Numbered from the stretch's first letter, positions 10,188-19,210 are shown. The stretch: DNA of 64,000 nt from Candidatus Saccharimonadota bacterium (GCA_026707815.1 JAPOWB010000009.1:70752-134751), one strand, 5' to 3'. Program-made: numbers and translations. Notes: generated from the letters alone by a model not told the origin.

Positions 10188-10679
10188 ATGCAAGAATTTA
10201 CCAAGATTAAAAATCAAACCAAATTAAAATTACCCAAGGATAGTGCTTATTTATTTCGTTTAGGGGTAGCACTGTATGGATTTAATTGTATTAATAGTTT
10301 CATAATTGAGATTGTTTGCCATCTAGATAAAAAACAAAACAAGATTCAGCTAAATGATAAATCATCAGGAGATGTATTAGATATTTTACGTCAAACTCTA
10401 AAATCAATTAAATCTCAAAAAGTATTTCCGTCTATTTATAAAACAATGCAAAAAATGACCGATTTATTTGAAAAATTGAACACAGAACGTACTGATTTTA
10501 TACACTCATACCCCATCACTAGTCCGAAGGGGAATCAAATTTTACATCGTCGCAAAGATAGCAAGAACAAACATTTTGAGATTACTAATGAATTTCTGGA
10601 TAGCTTTATAAGTCGCTTGCATAAAGTTAGCAATGGCTTATATGAAATAAGGGAGGTGGTGAAATCTGATTTGCAATGA
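10188..10679 (+). CDS. Hypothetical 163-aa protein embedded in the Type I R-M operon, with an Rx4H (HEPN-like) motif
   Basis: ATG lies 1 nt after the hsdM stop and the ORF ends in an ATGA overlap with the hsdS start. The sequence looks largely helical by composition and contains NTERTDFIHSYP (R-x4-H). No family recognised with certainty. Confidence 0.6.
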   Translation: MQEFTKIKNQTKLKLPKDSAYLFRLGVALYGFNCINSFIIEIVCHLDKKQNKIQLNDKSSGDVLDILRQTLKSIKSQKVFPSIYKTMQKMTDLFEKLNTERTDFIHSYPITSPKGNQILHRRKDSKNKHFEITNEFLDSFISRLHKVSNGLYEIREVVKSDLQ

Positions 10680-11821
10680 ATATTGAGAAACTAATTAAAC
10701 AATTAGATCTTGATGGGATTAAATATCAAAAACTTGAAGATATTTGCGATTTAAAACAAGGAGATGGGCTTGTTAAAGCTGATATGTCAGACAATGATTC
10801 TTTTCCAGTAATAGGTGGTGGCAATAAACCTATGGGAAAATATAAATCTAGCAATTTCCCGAGCAAAACTGTCACCGTAGCGAGAGTTGGTTCAGCAGGT
10901 GCAGTGAATTGGAATGATAATCCCTTTTGGGGAACAGATTCATGTTTTGGATTAAATTCTAAACTACAACACGTAAGTACGAAGTATGTCTACTACTATC
11001 TTAAGGATAAGCAAGAAGATTTAGCAAAAAACATCAGACAAGGTCCCATACAAAGGATTAATAAATCATCATTAGCGCAATACAAAATCCCAATTCCGCC
11101 TCTTGAAATTCAACAGGAAATAGTCAATATGCTAGATAAATTTACTAAACTAGAAGCTGAACTAGAAGCTGAACTAGAAGCTAGGAAGAAGCAATATGAA
11201 TATTATCGTAATCAGCTCCTAACATTTGGTGAGAATGCCGAGGGGGGGGGTAAATGGTTCACCATAGGAGAGATTGGTAGAGTTGCCATGTGTAAACGGA
11301 TTTTCAAAAAGGAAACGTCAGCCATTGGTGGTATTCCTTTTTATAAAATTGGTACATTTGGCAAAGAGCCGGATGCATTCATTGACCGTAATTTATACGA
11401 GGAGTATAGGCGAAAATTCTCTTTCCCTAAAAAGGGCGATGTTCTTTTGTCGGCTTCTGGCACGATTGGCCGTACTGTTATTTACGATGGGAACCCAGCA
11501 TACTTTCAAGATTCCAATATAATTTGGATCGATAACGACGAACAGCTAGTTTCAAACAAATACCTATTTTATTACTACCAAATTGTCGAGTGGCGCACGG
11601 AAGGTGGTACAATTGACCGACTCTATGGAAGTCATTTGAAGAGAGTTAAAATCTTTGTTCCATCACAGATCATACAGAAACAAATTGTAAGTACACTTGA
11701 TAGATTCGACAGACTCATAAACGACATCTTTGAAGGTTTACCCGCTGAACTTGATGCTCGTCGCAAGCAGTATGAATATTATCGAGATAAATTATTAACA
11801 TTTGAGAAAGCGAAAGTTTAA
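10676..11821 (+). CDS. hsdS: Type I R-M specificity subunit HsdS (two target-recognition domains, type IC-like)
   Basis: Two TRDs, each followed by a conserved helix: ...LEAELEAELEARKKQYEYYRNQLLTF and ...PAELDARRKQYEYYRDKLLTF. TAATG overlap with hsdR. Confidence 0.9.
   Translation: MNIEKLIKQLDLDGIKYQKLEDICDLKQGDGLVKADMSDNDSFPVIGGGNKPMGKYKSSNFPSKTVTVARVGSAGAVNWNDNPFWGTDSCFGLNSKLQHVSTKYVYYYLKDKQEDLAKNIRQGPIQRINKSSLAQYKIPIPPLEIQQEIVNMLDKFTKLEAELEAELEARKKQYEYYRNQLLTFGENAEGGGKWFTIGEIGRVAMCKRIFKKETSAIGGIPFYKIGTFGKEPDAFIDRNLYEEYRRKFSFPKKGDVLLSASGTIGRTVIYDGNPAYFQDSNIIWIDNDEQLVSNKYLFYYYQIVEWRTEGGTIDRLYGSHLKRVKIFVPSQIIQKQIVSTLDRFDRLINDIFEGLPAELDARRKQYEYYRDKLLTFEKAKV
11147..11182 (+). repeat. 3 x 12-bp tandem repeat (A/GAACTAGAAGCT) encoding (LEAE)n in the HsdS central conserved helix
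   Basis: AAACTAGAAGCT GAACTAGAAGCT GAACTAGAAGCT read directly. It encodes KLEAELEAELEA. Confidence 0.95.
11242..11250 (+). repeat. G9 homopolymer inside hsdS, at the junction between the first and second halves (currently in frame)
   Basis: GAG GGG GGG GGT encodes EGGG. G10 gives an immediate TAA; G8 gives TAG after 5 codons. Confidence 0.95.
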
Positions 11822-14800
11822 TGGAATACAATCTTATTTTAGAAAACAAGAAAAGCACAATTGTTGCTGAGTATACTCCTTCTAAGGTTAGAGCTAGTAG
11901 TTATCAGAGTGAAGCAGATTTAGAACAAGCTTTTATTAATTTGTTAAAAGATCAAGCTTATGAATATTTAAATATTAAGACTGAAGCAGATTTAATTCAT
12001 AATCTAAGAAAACAGTTAGAAAAACTAAATGATTATACTTTTACTGATAGCGAATGGCAGAAATTTTTTGCAAATGATATAGCTAATAAGATTGAAAGAG
12101 TTTTAGATAAAACCAGAAAAATCCAAGAAGATAGTATTAGGCTATTGAAACGAGATAATGGTCATGCCAAAAATATTTCTCTGATAGATAAGCAAAATAT
12201 TCACAATAATACTCTACAAGTTATTAATCAGTATGAAGCTGAAGGAATAAGAGCTAATCGCTATGATGTTACTGTTTTAGTTAATGGATTACCAATGGTT
12301 CACATAGAGCTTAAGCGAAGAGGAATTGCAATTAAGGAGGCTTTTAATCAGATTAAACGTTATCAAAGAGAGAGCTTTTGGGCAAATAATGGCTTATTTG
12401 AGTATGTTCAATTATTTGTTATTTCTAATGGAACTCATACCAAATATTACAGCAACACTACTCGGGAACAACATATTAAGGGTATATATCAAGCTAAAAA
12501 GAATATCAAAAGAACTAGTAATAGCTTTGAATTTACTAACTGGTGGGCAGATGGTAAAAATAAGGGTATTTTTGATTTAGTAGATTTTACAAAAACCTTT
12601 TTTTCTAAACATTCACTTTTAAATGTTTTAACTAAATATTGTGTTTTTACAAGTAATCAGCTTTTATTGGTTATGAGACCCTATCAGATAGTAGCAACTG
12701 AAAGGATTTTAAATAAAATAGAGATCTCAACTAACTATAAAAATCTAAGTAGCATAGAAGCTGGAGGCTATATTTGGCATACAACTGGTAGCGGCAAAAC
12801 ACTGACTAGTTTTAAAACAGCCCAACTTGCCTCTAAAATACCCAAGATAGATAAAGTTTTATTTGTGGTTGATCGTAAAGATTTGGATTACCAAACAATG
12901 AAAGAGTACGATAAATTTCAAAAAGGGGCAGCCAACAGTAATACTTCCACAGCTAAATTGAAGAGGCAATTAGAAAATCTAAGTTCTGATAGAAAAATTA
13001 TTATTACAACTATTCAAAAATTAGATAGATTTATTAAACAAAATCAAAATCATGAAGTTTTTAGTCGACATTTGATTTTAATTTTTGACGAATGTCATCG
13101 CTCTCAATTTGGAGATATGCATAAAGCTATTGTTAAAAATTTTAAGAATTATCATTTATTTGGTTTTACTGGAACTCCTATTTTTGCCAAGAATGCTTCT
13201 TCTTCAGGTAAAGCGAATTTAAAAACAACGGAGCAGGTTTTCGGTAAGCAACTTCACTCTTACACAATTGTTGATGCTATTAATGATGAAAATGTGCTTC
13301 CTTTTAGAGTTGATTATATTAGAACTATCAAAGAAGCTGATTCAATTAATGACTTACAAGTCAGAGACATTGATAGAGAAAGAGCCTTGTCTTCGCCCGA
13401 GAGAGTTAGCCAAGTAGTTCAATATATTATTAATCATTTTGACCAAAAAACTCAAAGAAAAGACATTTATTCTTTTGATAAAACCACTAATATTAGTCAG
13501 ATTACAAAGAGTAAAGCTAAACTAGATGAGGTTAAAAATAGAGCAAAGTTATCTGGTTTTAATTCAATCTTTGCGGTTAGCTCAATTGAAGTTGCTAAGA
13601 AGTACTATCAGGAATTTAAACATCAACAAGATAGTTCAGTAAATCTAATTAAAATAGCTACTATTTTTAGTTATGATGCCAATGAATCAGAAGATGATTT
13701 GGAATTTTTGAAAGATGAAAATCCTGAAAGCATTGATCGACTGGATGTTAGCTCAAGAGATTTCTTGGAAAATGCAATTTCTGATTATAATGCTATGTTT
13801 GGAACAAGTTTTGATACTTCTTCAGATAAATTTCAAAACTATTATAAAGATGTCTCTTTAAGAATGAAAAATAGAGATATAGATTTATTAATCGTAGTTA
13901 ATATGTTTCTAACTGGTTTTGATGCGACAACTCTTAATACTTTATGGGTAGATAAAAATTTACGTATGCATGGATTGCTTCAAGCATATTCAAGAACTAA
14001 TCGTATCCTAAATTCAATTAAAAAATTTGGGAATATTGTTAATTTTCGCAATTTAGAAAAAGCAACTAATGAGGCTTTATCTTTATTTGGAGATAAAAAT
14101 GCTAGTGGGATTGTCTTACTAAAATCTTTTGAAGATTATTATAACGGTTATCAGGCAGATAAAAAAAGAGTTAAGGGTTATTCTGAATTAATAACCGAAT
14201 TAGTTAATCAATTCCCAGTTGGTGAATCAATTGCTAGTGAATCAGAACAAAAAGACTTTGTAAGACTTTATGGATTCATTTTAAGATTGACAAATATCTT
14301 AGCTACTTTTGATGATTTTAAAGGCAAAGAAATATTAACTGACAGACAAATACAAGACTATAGGAGTTTGTATTTAGATTTACATGATAAATTTAGAAAA
14401 ATAGATAAAGTTGATAAAGAAAATATTAATGATGATCTTGTTTTTGAGATTGAACTTATAAAACAAGTCGAAATCAATATCGACTATATTTTACAACTTA
14501 TTAAAATACATCATAGGCTTAATAGGGAAGATAAAGAATTGCCAACTGAAATAGCGAAAATTATTGATTCTAGCCTTAATCTTAGAAACAAAAAAGTTTT
14601 AATTAAGCAATTTATTGCTAAACTTACTCCCACATCGAATGTTGAAGATGATTGGAGCAATTTTATTAATGATAGCCAGATTAAAGAACTTGAAACAATT
14701 ATTAATGAAGAAGATCTTAATCGTCAAAAAACTTACGATTTTATCCAGAATTCTTTCAAAAATGGTGAGATTCAAGAAACTGGGGCGGCAATTGCTGAAA

Positions 14801-14910
14801 TCTTGCCTCCAATGTCTCGATTTGAGCAGATGAGAGAAGAAGCTAAACAGAGAGTTTTGGATAAATTATTATCATTTTTTGATAAGTTTTTCAATATCTC
14901 CAAGATATAG
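11821..14910 (+). CDS. hsdR: Type I restriction enzyme R subunit HsdR (about 1030 aa, EcoR124-like size)
   Basis: N-terminal nuclease region (DVTVLVNGLPMVHIELKRRG), SF2 helicase motifs TTGSGKTLT and FDECHRSQ, and TGTPIF. Confidence 0.9.
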   Translation: MEYNLILENKKSTIVAEYTPSKVRASSYQSEADLEQAFINLLKDQAYEYLNIKTEADLIHNLRKQLEKLNDYTFTDSEWQKFFANDIANKIERVLDKTRKIQEDSIRLLKRDNGHAKNISLIDKQNIHNNTLQVINQYEAEGIRANRYDVTVLVNGLPMVHIELKRRGIAIKEAFNQIKRYQRESFWANNGLFEYVQLFVISNGTHTKYYSNTTREQHIKGIYQAKKNIKRTSNSFEFTNWWADGKNKGIFDLVDFTKTFFSKHSLLNVLTKYCVFTSNQLLLVMRPYQIVATERILNKIEISTNYKNLSSIEAGGYIWHTTGSGKTLTSFKTAQLASKIPKIDKVLFVVDRKDLDYQTMKEYDKFQKGAANSNTSTAKLKRQLENLSSDRKIIITTIQKLDRFIKQNQNHEVFSRHLILIFDECHRSQFGDMHKAIVKNFKNYHLFGFTGTPIFAKNASSSGKANLKTTEQVFGKQLHSYTIVDAINDENVLPFRVDYIRTIKEADSINDLQVRDIDRERALSSPERVSQVVQYIINHFDQKTQRKDIYSFDKTTNISQITKSKAKLDEVKNRAKLSGFNSIFAVSSIEVAKKYYQEFKHQQDSSVNLIKIATIFSYDANESEDDLEFLKDENPESIDRLDVSSRDFLENAISDYNAMFGTSFDTSSDKFQNYYKDVSLRMKNRDIDLLIVVNMFLTGFDATTLNTLWVDKNLRMHGLLQAYSRTNRILNSIKKFGNIVNFRNLEKATNEALSLFGDKNASGIVLLKSFEDYYNGYQADKKRVKGYSELITELVNQFPVGESIASESEQKDFVRLYGFILRLTNILATFDDFKGKEILTDRQIQDYRSLYLDLHDKFRKIDKVDKENINDDLVFEIELIKQVEINIDYILQLIKIHHRLNREDKELPTEIAKIIDSSLNLRNKKVLIKQFIAKLTPTSNVEDDWSNFINDSQIKELETIINEEDLNRQKTYDFIQNSFKNGEIQETGAAIAEILPPMSRFEQMREEAKQRVLDKLLSFFDKFFNISKI

Positions 14911-15149
14911 TAATTCTTAAAGGAATAACAAGACAATTGATACAATATCTATAACTGATTTATGTCAAGAAGGTAAGCGACTATCTATAATCTCCTTCCG
15001 CCAATTACTCGCTTGGGAATTAAAGTCTTTTGTACACCAAAATAATAATTGCAATTATTGGGTATTGGAGTCAATACGTGTCAAGGATATTTAATTAGCA
15101 TCTTGACATTAAAGCCATAATTTATGAGAATGCAAGATGTAATGTTTCA

Positions 15150-15180
15150 CCTCCTCTTTTAGGGGAGGCTCTTTTTTTTA
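15150..15180 (+). terminator. Rho-independent terminator-like hairpin plus U-tract
   Basis: CCTCCTC-TTTTA-GGGGAGG followed by CTCTTTTTTTT. It is preceded by TTGACA (15103)-17 nt-GAGAAT (15126). Confidence 0.6.
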
Positions 15181-15408
15181 TTTCTATCTCTATTTTTAAG
15201 ATTTTAAGGAGTAAAATTGCTAGTGTTGTTACCGTCAGTGTCGTAGTGTTCTATTCTAGTTTTTTACCATCGTCATTGTATTCATATAAGACAATCTTTA
15301 TGGTGGCAGTGGTAATTTATATAGGCGAGATATTTACACCAGTTTGATGGCAATAAGGTTAAGCAAGAAAACTATGATGCTGATGGTAAGTTAGAAAATT
15401 ATATTGCA

Positions 15409-15726
15409 TTATGGTGCTTGTTTTAAATGCCCACGATTAATAGTAAACTGAGGTGAATCTGCATAGAGAATAATTAATTCAACTAGTGCATCATAAGTTA
15501 AAACAATCTCTTCTTTTTCGTCATCGACTTGACCATTACAAATCGTTCTAAACATTTTGATATTTTCTTCTTGATCAGCTCTATGATGTTTACCAACATA
15601 TTCAGCTATCCAATGTCGTTGACCATCAGCCTCAAGGTAGTACCAACTACATATATTGTTCTCTGGATTGTCTAAATCAGTCTTAGATGAGATTTCGTCT
15701 ATAATCTGGCGAATTTCATCATACAT
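15409..15726 (-). CDS. Hypothetical acidic 105-aa protein
   Basis: ORF only, rich in D/E. No recognisable motif. Lies between the Type I R-M operon and HTH/transposase-like remnants. Confidence 0.4.
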   Translation of the reverse strand: MYDEIRQIIDEISSKTDLDNPENNICSWYYLEADGQRHWIAEYVGKHHRADQEENIKMFRTICNGQVDDEKEEIVLTYDALVELIILYADSPQFTINRGHLKQAP

Positions 15727-15992
15727 ATTGATTTACTTGTATCATGTAAGGTGAGTTTTGTCTAGGATTCTTTTCCCAAAATAATAGACAGATTAACTAC
15801 AGCTTCTTCATTTGCTCTAAAACATGACTGTAATCTTTCATATTGGTTTTACCGAATTGACCACTGCTTGATTCCTCGCCATGCATCAAATTGTAAGTTT
15901 TTTAAAAAGACGATTTATCTTTGAAATCCAAGCTCTTTCTGAGTCCATTTAATACCCTGTACAGTTCAATTTCAGATTTAATTAAGTCAACA

Positions 15993-16166
15993 TCAAGTCT
16001 CCGCACTGGCAACATCATTTTTAATGTATTTACGAGCTGTATTTTTCGCTATACAGACCAGTTCTGCTACCAAATCTTTTTTACCGAAGATCTTATACAG
16101 CATATTCATCGTTAAAATGGTTTCTTGGTCAATGGTTGGGTGACCTTTGGATTGACTGGTATTCAT
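15993..16166 (-). CDS. Small HTH protein (57 aa), possibly the N-terminal remnant of a transposase or recombinase
   Basis: My own translation (below the ORF-track cutoff): MNTSQSKGHPTIDQETILTMNMLYKIFGKKDLVAELVCIAKNTARKYIKNDVASAET. The GxP..I....I pattern followed by a helix-turn-helix resembles transposase/resolvase N-termini. Downstream frames are broken by stops. Confidence 0.3.
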   Translation of the reverse strand: MNTSQSKGHPTIDQETILTMNMLYKIFGKKDLVAELVCIAKNTARKYIKNDVASAET

Positions 16167-16434
16167 GCTTTAATTATATCATTTTTGACAGATATATAAC
16201 AGATGTAAAAATGAAGCTTTTAGATTGACCTGGCAAGCTAAATCGAGTAAATGCTTACATCTGAAATCTCGTTTTTTATTAGCCATCAACAAAATTAGCA
16301 TGATTATCTATTAAAATGAAACAATGATTGAAGAGAATATTCATCAAAGCAGAAACCTAAGTGCTTCAATAAAGTGCAATTAATGATGAAAATTTCTTTT
16401 CCATAATCTCTAGAATGTATAATGATAGGCAAAT

Positions 16435-16995
16435 ATGACATTAATCTTTATGAGGCATGGTCAGGCTGATCATAATATTAATTTCAGACTTAATGAATCA
16501 GATCACATAGCCTCTAATCTCACCGATAATGGCAAGGGAGAAGTTCTAAAAAACGCTAAAGCTCTTAAGGAAACAATCAAAGCAATAGATGTCATTTATT
16601 GCTCATCTATTCTACGTTGTCGACAAACTGCCAAAATAGTTGAAAAATATTTTGACGCCAAAATTCCTATCAAAACCGACAAACGACTCAATGAATTAAG
16701 AACTGGCTTTGATAATAGGATGCCTCTAGTTTGGTTAATCCGTTTATTCTTTAGCAGAAATCGTTTGAATAAAAAATTTAAAGCTGGTCAAAGCATTACT
16801 GAAGTTTCTAATGGAATTGGAGAATTCTATAAAGAAATAATTAAAAAACACCCCAACGGCAACATTCTGGTCATCTCTCATTTATATATTTTCCAGATAT
16901 TTTGTCATCACCTTTACCATAAGAAACTTCTATTGCCTTGGCGTCCAAATACTATGCGTTTAAAAACTGCTCAGTGGCATTTATTCAGAACTTAA
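16435..16995 (+). CDS. Histidine phosphatase family protein (phosphoglycerate-mutase-like)
   Basis: N-terminal LIFMRHGQADHN (RHG catalytic motif), with SSILRCRQTA downstream. Confidence 0.7.
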   Translation: MTLIFMRHGQADHNINFRLNESDHIASNLTDNGKGEVLKNAKALKETIKAIDVIYCSSILRCRQTAKIVEKYFDAKIPIKTDKRLNELRTGFDNRMPLVWLIRLFFSRNRLNKKFKAGQSITEVSNGIGEFYKEIIKKHPNGNILVISHLYIFQIFCHHLYHKKLLLPWRPNTMRLKTAQWHLFRT

Positions 16996-17726
16996 AAATT
17001 ATCTCTTTCAGACTGAGGTGGTAAATAGCGAGTATTTTCTTTATTGGGAGCAAAAAGATTGACCGGCTGATAATAGTAATCGACAATGATTGATTCTTCA
17101 GTCTGATCACTGATATTTAGAGTGACAATATGATCAATTTTTCGAGTTCGTTGATTGACATAAATAACCACTCTTTGAGCATTGTTAAAATTCTCAGCTT
17201 CCCAGACAGCACATATTGCTGATTTATCTCTCTGGCATTTCTCTGATTGATCCTGTTTAGCTTTATTTCTGAAATGTATCAATTGTTGATCAGTTAACAG
17301 AACGGTTTCAATATTAGTCAGACTCCTTAATTCTTCGGAGAGAATTTCTGGCTCAACTTCATCCCATAGACTAAGTTGATCATTGTAATAAAAAAACTGA
17401 TTGGTTTTATCAATATATTTCAATTGATGAAGTCTAATTTGATCTTCATCAATAATTTCAATTTGCCAGTTTTTATTATCATAATCATAGCCTAAAACAT
17501 ATTCGGACTCAGCTAGATATTTTTGTTTGACAATAACATCTTCATCAGCTGGGGCAGGAAAATAAGAGCCGCTGGAAGTTGACAGAGCATTGGGATTAAT
17601 TTGATTATTGGAGACAGATTTTGGTAAGAAAGATTCTTCAAAAAGTTGGCGATAAAGAAAGATAGTCAACATCGTTATGATAACGATAATTGCTAAAGTC
17701 CAAACTCCTAATTCCCAGCGTTTCAC
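16992..17726 (-). CDS. Hypothetical membrane-anchored protein
   Basis: Single N-terminal TM helix (WTLAIIVIITMLTIFLY). No family recognised. Overlaps neighbours by 1-4 nt, consistent with an operon. Confidence 0.5.
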   Translation of the reverse strand: MKRWELGVWTLAIIVIITMLTIFLYRQLFEESFLPKSVSNNQINPNALSTSSGSYFPAPADEDVIVKQKYLAESEYVLGYDYDNKNWQIEIIDEDQIRLHQLKYIDKTNQFFYYNDQLSLWDEVEPEILSEELRSLTNIETVLLTDQQLIHFRNKAKQDQSEKCQRDKSAICAVWEAENFNNAQRVVIYVNQRTRKIDHIVTLNISDQTEESIIVDYYYQPVNLFAPNKENTRYLPPQSERDNF

Positions 17727-18148
17727 TAGTTATTGCGATAATTTGTTAGAAAATCCTCAATAGCTGTCAAACCTTTGTGAGCTTGGTGAGATTGATACCA
17801 AGACATATCAATATCATTGGGCAGGGGTTTATAAATAAAGGGGAAGTTATTATCCAACAAATAGTTTTGCATTTTAGGAGGCAGGGGAGCGATTAAAGTT
17901 TGTTGGCGGGCATGATCCTCAATCTGAATGTGATTGAATTCAGAATTGTCGAAAAAATTCATCAATGTATTGTCGTAAGTCAGTAAAATCTCTGACTCCT
18001 GATTCAATTTCATGATTAAACTATCATACAGGAAATGGCAATCGAGTTGATCAGATTTTACTTCAGCTACAGCTGGAGAAACTGAAATTTTATCTTCAGA
18101 AACTAAAACTTTAATCTCTGATTGTGGGAGTTGATTGTGATTTCTCAT
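17726..18148 (-). CDS. Hypothetical protein
   Basis: ORF in an operon with its flanking genes. No motif recognised. Confidence 0.45.
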   Translation of the reverse strand: MRNHNQLPQSEIKVLVSEDKISVSPAVAEVKSDQLDCHFLYDSLIMKLNQESEILLTYDNTLMNFFDNSEFNHIQIEDHARQQTLIAPLPPKMQNYLLDNNFPFIYKPLPNDIDMSWYQSHQAHKGLTAIEDFLTNYRNN

Positions 18149-18182
18149 TGGAGGTCGTTATTTTAACACCTTATTTCATTTA

Positions 18183-18833
18183 TTAAAAGCCCAAAGCCTG
18201 CCAAAGGCGATGCCAAATTGATTGATTCTGACTACCTTCACCGCTACAATTAGCTGGGTCTTGCGTCTGATTAGCCTGAGAGGCACCTCGGGGTAAATCT
18301 TGATAGCGTTGCTGTAAAACAGATTGATCATCATTGCTGAAATCAACTAATAAGACATCTTCACTGTCAATAACTCTATTAGTAATATGAGTAACTAGTT
18401 GACCATTGAGGATAAATCTTAGTTGACCTTGTTGATTATCTTGATAAATATCAGATTCAGTCTGCAAAATTCTATTACTTAGATACCAGCCTAAATTGGT
18501 GAAAAAATGACCATAAGTTACTGCTTGATCATGGACGTGAATGATATGATTGTTGGGCTGATGCAAGTGAACTCGTGAACTAGGCTGGTTGAAATGCGCC
18601 TTATTACAAGCTGAGAGTTCTTCATAATAAGAAAAATGATCAAAAGCTTGGGCTTGACCATTTATATAAACTCCAAAATCAGCATGATAATGAACAGCCT
18701 GATCAACTTTGATAATCATAAAACGAAAGCTGACGAAATAGATGAAAATTAATATAACAATCAAGCTAATCCAACTAGCTTGGGCTTGATAGAATTTAGT
18801 AAACTTAACAACTAAAGAGTTCATTCGAATCAT
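18183..18833 (-). CDS. Hypothetical membrane-anchored His-rich protein
   Basis: N-terminal TM helix, then HYHADFGVYINGQ...VHLHQPNNHIIHVHDQAVTYGHFFTNLGW. This looks like a metal-binding pattern. Function unknown. Confidence 0.5.
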   Translation of the reverse strand: MIRMNSLVVKFTKFYQAQASWISLIVILIFIYFVSFRFMIIKVDQAVHYHADFGVYINGQAQAFDHFSYYEELSACNKAHFNQPSSRVHLHQPNNHIIHVHDQAVTYGHFFTNLGWYLSNRILQTESDIYQDNQQGQLRFILNGQLVTHITNRVIDSEDVLLVDFSNDDQSVLQQRYQDLPRGASQANQTQDPANCSGEGSQNQSIWHRLWQALGF

Positions 18834-18884
18834 ACTTAATCATACCATGATTAGATGCTAATTATGTTATATTAACTCTTAATC

Positions 18885-19196
18885 ATGTCTTATTTAGCTC
18901 ATGTCAGTAATGACCATAATACTCACCAAGCTTGGTTAGAATTTTCTAATTTAGAAGTTACTTTATTAACTTTAGCTATCCTGTTGATAATTTCAATGAT
19001 TATGATTTTCTGGAGAAATAATTCTCGTCCCAACTCAATAAAAACCCCAGCAACCGCCATCAGTGTAATCCTCATTGGCTTATCGTGGGTTATTTTTGCT
19101 TTTGACTATCTTTTGGTCAGCCTAATTTATTTAACTGTAGGCTTTTTCAGCTTAATAGTCTTAATTATTAATTGTAAAATATGTAATAAATCTTAA
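18885..19196 (+). CDS. Small integral membrane protein
   Basis: Three predicted hydrophobic helices. No family recognised. Confidence 0.45.
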   Translation: MSYLAHVSNDHNTHQAWLEFSNLEVTLLTLAILLIISMIMIFWRNNSRPNSIKTPATAISVILIGLSWVIFAFDYLLVSLIYLTVGFFSLIVLIINCKICNKS

Positions 19197-19210
19197 ATAT
19201 ATTTCCAGCA

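Noticed and set aside
11147-11182. Tandem repeats checked as a possible CRISPR or minisatellite
   Set aside because: The 12-bp units are contiguous with no spacers, lie in frame inside hsdS, and encode the LEAE heptad-like repeat. No CRISPR-like repeat-spacer array was seen anywhere in the window.
11274-14833. ORFs 11274..11522, 12326..12580 and 14615..14833, in alternative frames of hsdS/hsdR
   Set aside because: They are embedded in the well-supported Type I R-M genes, with no motifs. The 11274 ORF starts after the G9 tract but does not correspond to any frame produced by tract slippage.
15921-16115. 64-aa plus-strand ORF
   Set aside because: The opposite strand encodes a more plausible HTH peptide (15993..16166) with transposase-like remnants. 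The plus-strand product is low complexity and starts with TTG.
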